NCBI GenBank assembly: GCA_016933575.1 | Contig: JAFGAR010000172.1 | Coordinates: 1 to 33,995 of the forward strand | Length of the DNA: 33,995 nucleotides | Source of the DNA: Candidatus Thorarchaeota archaeon | GTDB taxonomy: Archaea; Asgardarchaeota; Thorarchaeia; Thorarchaeales; Thorarchaeaceae | Direction: 5' to 3' | Part shown: positions 1 through 7,800 of the stretch, piece after piece | Numbering within the stretch: the first letter of the stretch is position 1 | How the letters are laid out: the number at the start of each line of letters is the position of its first letter | Made by a program: the position numbers and the translations under genes | Notes under the pieces: model-generated | The model's input: only the letters and a program-made list of their open reading frames with translations | Databases searched by the model: none | Told to the model about the DNA's origin: nothing

Positions 1-147
1 GCACTGGGAACGACTCTGTGAGGTCAGATGCGTGTCAGGACAACCTCACGATCCTATCTCTGGACTATTGTATTTAAAGACCTATAACGATTGTTCAAAC
101 AGTCATCTACGAGATGTCCAACTTTGTCCAAGTCTTATGCAGCTGTT

Positions 148-351
148 TCAAACCCTAGAGATTCTTCTTGTTTCGTGAATAGCAATTCCTAGACCTGCAA
201 GTAGAGCTCCAGAAAAGAGCAATGCAATGTGAAATGGAAACGCCATGAAGAATGAGATAATTAGAACCGCCAATATGAAAATGACCAGTATCAGCATCAT
301 CAGATCGCTATCATCCATAGCTAGGGGGAGTAGTCCCCAGACTCTACTCAT
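148..351 (-). CDS. small hypothetical membrane protein (2 predicted TM helices)
   Basis: 67-aa ORF with two long hydrophobic stretches and a basic C-terminus; GAGGAG lies upstream of the ATG on the minus strand. Confidence 0.6.
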   Translation of the reverse strand: MSRVWGLLPLAMDDSDLMMLILVIFILAVLIISFFMAFPFHIALLFSGALLAGLGIAIHETRRISRV

Positions 352-506
352 ATTGAAACTCCTCTCTTAACTGACTTGATTCTGCTACAAAACATGAAAG
401 AATAAGAATGAAGTGGTATTGAGTGACTATTTTGGTAGTAGACACTATAATCCATGCTGAAAAAGAAATTCATATTATAACCATCGCTTCGTTAAAATCG
501 ATTTCA

Positions 507-806
507 ATGAGAGAGATTGAATTAGAGATATTCGAGAGTGGTTGTCCGGGACACAAGGTTGGTGAGAAATTCAAGTACCCTGAAGACACCGGTAAAATGT
601 GTACTTGGCTAATTGAAAGCGCAAGTCATATGATAAAGATACTCAGACATGATGGTAAACTTGGCTGGTCATATGAAGGAACACCTTACGAGAAGGTACT
701 CGATAAAGATGGGGTAACAACAGAGTTTGTTCGTTGTCCCGATCCTACATGTGCTGGAGTGGTTCTAAAGATCACTGCAACAACAATCCCCTCCAGACAG
801 AAGTAG
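507..806 (+). CDS. TIGR04076-like small Cys-motif protein
   Basis: GCPGHKVGEKF...MCTW...CPDP pattern; ATG at 507 preferred over the ORF-track start at 423. Confidence 0.7.
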   Translation: MREIELEIFESGCPGHKVGEKFKYPEDTGKMCTWLIESASHMIKILRHDGKLGWSYEGTPYEKVLDKDGVTTEFVRCPDPTCAGVVLKITATTIPSRQK

Positions 807-897
807 TCATAGATCTATCTACTGAAATCGAGCTGCATAGTTTCATAGCAAAAAAGAATTCATCTATCGGGTTAGATTATTTCTATCTAAGAAGAAG

Positions 898-974
898 TGG
901 TGCCGAGGGAGTGATTCGAACACTCGACGACGCGGTCTTCAGCCGCGCGATCTCCCAGGCTAATCTACCTCGGC
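898..974 (-). tRNA. tRNA-Phe (GAA), CCA encoded
   Basis: Reverse complement folds as a cloverleaf: acceptor GCCGAGG/CCTCGGC, anticodon arm CGCGG-CTGAAGA-CCGCG, T arm GAGTG-TTCGAAT-CACTC, ending in ACCA. Confidence 0.97.
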
Positions 975-1005
975 AGTCCCGTATTTTGTCTTCCACTGGT
1001 TTTGT

Positions 1006-1013
1006 GATATAAA
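1006..1013 (-). promoter_or_regulatory. TATA box of tRNA-Phe
   Basis: TTTATATC on the minus strand about 32 nt upstream of the mature tRNA 5' end. Confidence 0.55.
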
Positions 1014-1030
1014 GATAGCGGCAATGGTCA

Positions 1031-1504
1031 CTAAGCCAGTTTCTTCACTGCCATCTCGACTTCATCGAATGGCGGGAGTTTCCCAGGATTCTCGCTGACC
1101 CAGAAATAGACTATAGTACCATCAGTGTCGATGACAAAGACTGATCTCTTAGCAACATTGGTCATACCAGCAAGATTCTCATGTACGATTCCATAGTCTT
1201 GAATAGTGGTCTTCTCCCAGTCTGAGAGTAGTGGGAACTGGATGTCATTCTTCTCTTTAAAAGCGGCATGACTGAATATGCCATCCACTGAGATTCCAAA
1301 GACATTAGCGCCTAGCGAATTGTAGTCAACCAAGACATCTCTGAATCGACAGAGTTCTTCCTGACAAGTCGATGAGAAATCTGCTGGATAGAACACAAGT
1401 ACAACTGGTCCCTTCTTTATCTCCTCACTCAAGGTAACGCTTTTTCCGGAGGCTTCCCAGAGAGTAAAATCTGGAGCCTCACTTCCTATTGTCAAATGTG
1501 TCAT
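1031..1504 (-). CDS. peroxiredoxin (AhpE/BCP-type, AhpC/TSA family)
   Basis: APDFTL, FYPADFSSTCQEELC peroxidatic motif, GISVD, FPLLSD and the conserved Arg in KRSVFVID. Confidence 0.92.
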   Translation of the reverse strand: MTHLTIGSEAPDFTLWEASGKSVTLSEEIKKGPVVLVFYPADFSSTCQEELCRFRDVLVDYNSLGANVFGISVDGIFSHAAFKEKNDIQFPLLSDWEKTTIQDYGIVHENLAGMTNVAKRSVFVIDTDGTIVYFWVSENPGKLPPFDEVEMAVKKLA

Positions 1505-1601
1505 TTTGAAAGCCTCACTATAGTTAATACTTAGTTTATTTCTATCATCTATTAAGACTTCGGATAGATTTCAGATGAAAGACTGCAAGCGCTCGTGGTT
1601 T

Positions 1602-2120
1602 CTATTTGATCTTGTAATTAACGTAGCTGGCAACCACAGCTGTTGAAATAGCAGCTGCATTGACTCCTAATGGATAGATGTAGAGCGGATCTAGGAAAGC
1701 AAGAGTAGCAATCCACGATGGAAGGCTTCCTGCATCAGCAACACCGAAGGGAACAAAATAGAACAGGAAGAAGACACATGTCAAAAGCCCCACACCAACA
1801 AACGCAGGCATGTCAGTCCATGAACGGGCAAAGGTTGAGAGTTTTGTAATCCAACTTATTTGGGCGCGCTGTCTTCGTCTTACTTTTCTCTTTGAAACAA
1901 TATGAGCCCAGCGATACATTGCTTCCGCCATGAGAACATAGGCTCCTCCAAGAACTGCCATCGCTCCTATGGAAACCAGAAGCTGAAGTTCAGCACTCAA
2001 AACATTGACATAGACCTGTGCATGCCAGAGAATTGGAATCTGCACAAGACCTGCTATTCCTAAGAATATCATTATCAGTCCGGGCTTACTGCCACGTCTC
2101 CACCAAACTGCTAGGCTCAT
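1602..2120 (-). CDS. hypothetical membrane protein (about 4 TM helices)
   Basis: 172-aa ORF with four hydrophobic segments and a basic cytoplasmic loop (KRKVRRRQR). Confidence 0.7.
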   Translation of the reverse strand: MSLAVWWRRGSKPGLIMIFLGIAGLVQIPILWHAQVYVNVLSAELQLLVSIGAMAVLGGAYVLMAEAMYRWAHIVSKRKVRRRQRAQISWITKLSTFARSWTDMPAFVGVGLLTCVFFLFYFVPFGVADAGSLPSWIATLAFLDPLYIYPLGVNAAAISTAVVASYVNYKIK

Positions 2121-2193
2121 TGATTTTCACCGGGCGTTGAGTTGTTCGCTCGTGATTCGGTCCGCACTTTAAGGTTTTGCTCCAAGACTAGCA

Positions 2194-2766
2194 TCATACC
2201 TTCGAAGCATGGATGCGGAACCACCAGTCATTCTCTTCAATCTCAATCTCTCCAAAGCCAAGCTCACGAAGCAAGGCAGTCAGGGTTTCAGGTGTCTGCC
2301 CTTGTCCTCCCCACACACCATATCCTGTCTTTACCGGGGTACCATCTGGAAGTATGAAATTAACATGAAACACGAAAATATCTTCTTTGCAATCAATTTC
2401 ACTGGCAAGGATTGATATCTTGCCTGAGGTCTTAAGAGCCCTATAAGCCTCAGAGAGTACTTTCTTCTTGGTACTCCAATCCCGCATATACTCCAGAGAA
2501 AACCAGAGGGTTGCAAGATTAAAAGAGGAATCTCTGAACGGAAGAGCCTGTCCATCTGTTACAAACCAGTTCGATGGTGGGTCATGGATACGTGCTTCCC
2601 GTATCTCATCTAATCTATAATCCACAGCACAGACTTTCGATCCTGCAATTCTAGAGACGAGACCTTCTCCCCCACCACCAATGTCCAGTATTAGACCATG
2701 AGTATCAACTGGTTTCAAAGCAATGTCCTGCATAGGGGTTTCGAACTTGGTATGTTCTCTCTCCAT
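2194..2766 (-). CDS. class I SAM-dependent methyltransferase
   Basis: ILDIGGGGEG motif I, CAVD, DGQALPFRDSSFNL and EAYRALKTSG. Confidence 0.88.
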   Translation of the reverse strand: MEREHTKFETPMQDIALKPVDTHGLILDIGGGGEGLVSRIAGSKVCAVDYRLDEIREARIHDPPSNWFVTDGQALPFRDSSFNLATLWFSLEYMRDWSTKKKVLSEAYRALKTSGKISILASEIDCKEDIFVFHVNFILPDGTPVKTGYGVWGGQGQTPETLTALLRELGFGEIEIEENDWWFRIHASKV

Positions 2767-2866
2767 GTTATAGATCCTCTCTTCAATTCAATGAAATTAC
2801 TCGGTCACTATTATACATCATCATTGCATCAAAGATGCGATTTCTATCATCAACACGCCATAATTC

Positions 2867-2874
2867 TTTTAACC
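2867..2874 (+). promoter_or_regulatory. TATA box of tRNA-Ala
   Basis: TTTTAACC about 40 nt upstream of the mature tRNA start. Confidence 0.45.
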
Positions 2875-2913
2875 GTTCCATTCAGCAAGACGAACAACAC
2901 TTTGTGTGTACAT

Positions 2914-3020
2914 GGGCCGGTAGATCAGCCCGGTTGTGACTTCATTTGGTGGTCACAGGGAACTAGATCGCTTCCTTGGCATGGAAGAGGTCGCGTGTTC
3001 GAATCACGCCCGGTCCACCA
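2914..3020 (+). tRNA. tRNA-Ala (GGC) with a 30-nt non-canonical D-loop intron (about 2934-2963), CCA encoded
   Basis: Acceptor GGGCCGG/CCGGTCC carries the G3:U70 Ala identity pair; anticodon arm CTTCC-TTGGCAT-GGAAG; T arm GCGTG-TTCGAAT-CACGC; removing the TGTGAC/GTCACA hairpin insert restores D-loop AGCCCGGTA. Confidence 0.95.
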
Positions 3021-3042
3021 ATTCTTAACTTGAGTTTTCACT

Positions 3043-3693
3043 CTACGGATAGCATAGTTCCCAAGTAGGATGGTATGTATGAACTAGCTCCATTATCTCA
3101 GTATATGCATCGTCTGAAAAGAACGGAATTGGACAAGTTGCTTCTCCAATATAGATTCCAAAGTGGATGTGATCAACACCACCTCCCTGCAGGAATTGGC
3201 CAATTATGTCACCTTTTGCTACCCAATCTCCAACTTCTACATCAAGCATGGCAACCTGTTGTGCTCTTACTTCTACATCTTCTGAGAATCCTTCAAATCC
3301 ATACTCTATCATCACGCTACTATTGAATCGGATGAGTACTGCCACCTTGTAGACGGTGCCATTCGCTATAAAACTAAGTTCAATCGCTTCCACAATTCCG
3401 GGAGCTGCAGCGATTACATCTGAATCATTTCTAAACGCAAAATCAAGACCATTATGTATTCTTCCCCAAGGACAATCAGTGCTCTCGCTATAACCTCCAT
3501 TCCAATTTAGGATATCACTTCGATTTGAGTATATCACTCCCATGTAATCTAGATCTGAAGAATCATAGCGTCCCCCATTATCAAAAAGATCTTCATTATC
3601 CTCTGGCTCATGAGAATTGCCCCCAAATTGTAAAGATAAAACAACACCAGCAACGATTACTAGAATTACTATGGCGCTTGTTCGTTTCTGCAT
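3043..3693 (-). CDS. M23-family Zn metallopeptidase with N-terminal signal/anchor
   Basis: HNGLD (HxxxD) and HIHF (HxH) Zn motifs, VIAAAPGIVE and VEVGDWVAKGDIIG; hydrophobic N-terminus. Confidence 0.88.
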   Translation of the reverse strand: MQKRTSAIVILVIVAGVVLSLQFGGNSHEPEDNEDLFDNGGRYDSSDLDYMGVIYSNRSDILNWNGGYSESTDCPWGRIHNGLDFAFRNDSDVIAAAPGIVEAIELSFIANGTVYKVAVLIRFNSSVMIEYGFEGFSEDVEVRAQQVAMLDVEVGDWVAKGDIIGQFLQGGGVDHIHFGIYIGEATCPIPFFSDDAYTEIMELVHTYHPTWELCYP

Positions 3694-3746
3694 ATTCTTG
3701 ATTGGTTACAAACAATGCTCAAATATCTACCTTTTTTTAAATAAAG

Positions 3747-3780
3747 GAGGTCTCGAGTTCGAGTCACGACGGATTCACCA
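3747..3780 (+). repeat. degenerate direct repeat of the tRNA-Ala 3' end (att-like scar)
   Basis: gaggtctcgagttcgagtcacgacggattcacca matches 2987-3020 at 27 of 34 positions without gaps and ends in CACCA. Confidence 0.75.
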
Positions 3781-3873
3781 CTCTTTTCATCTTTCGAAAA
3801 CGCATCACCAGCTTGAGGGATTACGCAAATCTGTAACATATTAAAGACTCAAGCAAATCGAAAAGCGAGCAAA

Positions 3874-4557
3874 ATGAAAATACTTGCCTTTAATGCCAGT
3901 CCGAGAAAATCTCGCGGTACCACTGACAAAGTTATGGAAGCCTTCATTGCTGGAGCAGAGAAGGCGGGAGCTGAGGTTGAGAAGCATCATATTGTTGATC
4001 TCAACATAAACGGATGTCTAGGTTGTTTCACTTGTTGGTGGAAGACCCCGGGAAAATGTGTCCACCGTGATGATATGGACTGGATTCTCCCTAAGATCTC
4101 TGAAGCTGACATATTGCTTCTGGGTACGCCAATCTATGGTCGTAATGTCACAAACTACTTGCAGCGATTGTTTGAACGGACCTTCTCATTCTCTCTTCCC
4201 GAGATGCAAGTCCGAGATGGTGAAACAGCTCATCCTGCTAGAATTAAGCGTTTTCCGCAAATGGTCTTGTGTGCTACCTGTGGATTTCCCGATATTAGCA
4301 ATTTCAATCATGTAGAAGCACTATATCCAACAGCAATACACATCTTCCTACCTGCATCACAGCTTTTGTATAATGAAGAGGGGCAAAAATATCTTGCAGG
4401 TTTTCTGGAAGATACTCAGCTTGCTGGAGAAATGATGACCAAGGGACAAAAAATCCCAGCATCTTTACAAGAGCGGTTGATTGTTGAATATTCTGATGAG
4501 ATGAAGATTAATATCGTTCAATCTCACAATCGATATAGTGAATCTCAATTAGAGTAA
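3874..4557 (+). CDS. flavodoxin-family / iron-sulfur flavoprotein (NADPH-dependent FMN reductase fold)
   Basis: MKILAFNASPRK..GTT, CLGCFTC-x6-C Cys cluster followed by DDM, and ADILLLGTPIY. Confidence 0.88.
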   Translation: MKILAFNASPRKSRGTTDKVMEAFIAGAEKAGAEVEKHHIVDLNINGCLGCFTCWWKTPGKCVHRDDMDWILPKISEADILLLGTPIYGRNVTNYLQRLFERTFSFSLPEMQVRDGETAHPARIKRFPQMVLCATCGFPDISNFNHVEALYPTAIHIFLPASQLLYNEEGQKYLAGFLEDTQLAGEMMTKGQKIPASLQERLIVEYSDEMKINIVQSHNRYSESQLE

Positions 4558-4768
4558 CTTAATATTCTCTTCGTGATGTGCTTGTATCTAGTACTGCTTA
4601 TCCTTCATTCTGAATACAATCAATGCACGTTGCCCTTTTAGCTGGAACAATTCTATAGCCAGTGTGTGCTGATTCTTCTGATTCAGTGTTTATTGTTTTT
4701 GTAGAAACATCTAGTTGGTGCTAGACAGGAAAAGTAAGGATTGTAGCCTTTTAATTATCCCACAAATT

Positions 4769-4812
4769 GGTAGAAAAATAAATTCTTAGTTGATAATCTT
4801 TATATTTCTACC
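4769..4812. promoter_or_regulatory. inverted repeat overlapping the putative TATA box (TTTATATT, 4799-4806) of the S8 protease gene
   Basis: ggtagaaaaataaa (4769-4782) and tttatatttctacc (4799-4812) are complementary at 13 of 14 positions with a 16-nt spacer. Confidence 0.5.
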
Positions 4813-4865
4813 GGCAGTAACTACTCACACCTTCGAGAGAATATTCATGAGAGTGGGGAAACTTC

Positions 4866-7800
4866 ATGAAAGGTAGAATTGTAGCGAAAGCTATGCTCAT
4901 TGTGCTAGTACTTGGACTATCTACTTTTTTTGGTAGCTTGTCAACTGTGCAAGCAGTAAATGTACCAGACGAAATTCGGACAATTAACAATCAGACAGGT
5001 TATGAAACACTCATTGAGAGTGACCTTCAAGCATCTGAGAATCTAGATGGACAAGTTTCTACAACAGATAGTGCTGTTATGTCTCCTGTTGAAGTAAAAG
5101 AAAAGCTTGATCAGTTGTATAGCAAAGACACAAAGAGTGACTCACAGATGACCTCGGTACTGGCTTCTGTGCGACCAGATTACATGGGAAACAACAGATA
5201 CACAGACCAATTGATAGTAAAATTCTCATCTTTTGATGCACGCGATAATTTTGCTTTTGATATTCCCTCTGGGGTATCATACAACTGTCTACAGACACTT
5301 CCGTATGTTATTATACCAAAGACCACCTTGTTCTATGAACTACTAGCGCAAACCGAAGGAATCTCTAGACTCACAGATGATCGACTGTTTGCGGCGCCCG
5401 ATTACCAGGTCTATGAACACCTGGACCCTGAAAATGATTTATCCATGTATAACAGTGAGGGACGCATTGGGACATGGGATATGCATGCTCTCGGATATAC
5501 TGGAAAGAACATCAAAATTGCAGTATTAGATACTGGTATCGACTCAACTCATCCAGATTTAATGTATACAGGCGATGGTAGTACGAAGATCATTGCTCAA
5601 CAGTCATTTGTCGATATTGACTTTGATGGTGTACCCGATGAGGGTCCCGAGGACTTGAATGGACATGGGACTCACGTTGCTGGAACCGCAGCTGGGAATG
5701 GGTACCAAATTGGAGTTGCTCCTGATGCTTATCTTTTGAACGCTAAGGTCTGTTCAGCTACAGGTTGTGCGACTAGCTGGATGATTGAAGCTGTAGAATG
5801 GGCAATTCTGAATGATGCTGACATCATTACGATGAGCATTGGCGGATCTACCTTCTGGGGTCTTGATCCACTGGATGATATACTAGATTATGCATGGCAA
5901 CAGGGTATTGTGGTTACCATCGCAGCAGGAAACGATGGTCCCGCTGTTTCAACAGTCCAAAGTCCCGGAACTGGTCCACGAATCATTACTGTTGCAGCCA
6001 CAGATAGTTATGACCTCATAACCGCCTTCTCCGGAAGAGGACCTAGTGTCTACGGTCATTTTGATCCAGACATCGCTGCACCGGGTGATCTCATCTTCTC
6101 AACATTTCCAGGGGCTACTTATGCTATAGCTGGTGGTACCTCGATGGCTACACCACATGTCGCCGGTGCAGTCGCATTACTGTTGGAAGCTCATCCATGG
6201 GCGAATCCAGACACGATTAAGGCAAATATCATGGCTAATGCAAAGGATGTTGGACTTCCAACAACTGTGCAAGGTGCTGGACTTCTTGATCTGGTAGCAA
6301 CGCATAATGAATGGAGTAACATTAGGGCTATCCTGTTTCCAACCTTCAATGACCAAGACATTCTCTATCTTTCACCTGGTGAGAGTTTTAGTGGTTATTT
6401 CAGCTACGTCAATAGCAGAAGAGATGGAATTCAACCCTGGTTTAAACTAGACAGAAGTCATGCGTTTGAAATCGTGATTGACAGAGAGAGTATTTTTCCA
6501 GACCTGTGGAAAGGATTCTTCTGTAGACCCTCAAGTTCCGGTCAACAATTTATTCCATTCACAGTCACTGCGCCTTTGGATGCAGAACCTGGGACCCAAT
6601 TATCACGAGACATAACAGCATTCTTCTGGAAAGGAATTCCATGGGTACGGGGTGGCGAAAACCCACTAAAGACCACAATGACCCTCACCATTGAAATTGC
6701 TCAAATTGAAGATGACGCTCTTACTGGAACAGATGCAGGTGACACCTTCCCAGGTGCGACAGAGATTCCTTTTGGCAATTATTCAGGGTATCTTTCTGAT
6801 ATTGACTTCTACAGAGTATGGCTTGAAGGTGAGTATACCTATACGTTTGTTCTGGATGGATTCGATGGTTATAGTGACTATGACCTTGCCATATACAATG
6901 AAACCGGACAACTGGTAAATTATGGGGGTTTAGCTGGTCCCGAACATGTGGTTCTAACCATAGAAACATCAGGATATTATATTCTACGAGTTGAACCCTG
7001 GTCTCTTCTTATTGATCCTTGGGCAAACAGGGATACAACTGGACCATATAATCTCTGGATGATAGAAGGAGAAACACCTGGCAATGGTGGTGGAGGAACC
7101 GGAGTTCAAATAGAATATCTTGGAGCAGAATTGTTTGGAATTGATTTTGATAGTGACTCTATCAATGACTACTTGGCTATCGAAGTAACTCTCAATGTCA
7201 TCTCACCAGGTGTATTCGATATGTATGCTTGGATTGCACTAGACAAGAGTCCTGATCTTGCAAAGTGGGTATATGGACTTGCATTTGTCGAGGGTCATGT
7301 TTTGACTGAGCCCGGAGTGCAGGATGTCATTATGTTATTGGATGGAACCAATGTTGCTGACCAGAGTTACGTGGGTTCTCATGTAATCTACGAGCTGTTT
7401 CTTGGTGATCCCTCTACGTTCACAACCCTGTTGGATCTGTACCAAGTGTACACATCACCCACAATCGATTCAGCAGACTTCGGAGCACCACACCTTCAAT
7501 ATCTCAGCTACTCCTATGGTACCTATGATGAGAATGGAGATGAAATTCCTGACTGGCTCATGGTTGATGTGGTATTAGAAGCAACAGAAACTTTCGATTG
7601 GGTTTCTTATTTCACCTGTACTTTATACCATCCTGATGGATATTTCTTCTGGAGTCGATTTGATGAGATTATGGACCATTCAATCTCAGGACCTCAGGTA
7701 CTGCATTTTCTGTTCAGTCCTGATGATTTTGTCAATGGTCCCTCAGGGCTTCTGGATTTGGAACTGGTCATCGTATATTCTTGGAATCATCCATTGAGTG

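Noticed and set aside
734-1012. 92-aa plus-strand ORF
   Set aside because: Antisense to tRNA-Phe and overlapping the TIGR04076-like gene; no recognisable motif
1031-1504. Selenocysteine or stop-codon recoding in redox genes
   Set aside because: The peroxiredoxin and flavoprotein have ordinary Cys codons and full-length frames; no gene appears interrupted by an in-frame TGA or TAG
2698-3033. 111-aa plus-strand ORF
   Set aside because: Reads through tRNA-Ala and its promoter
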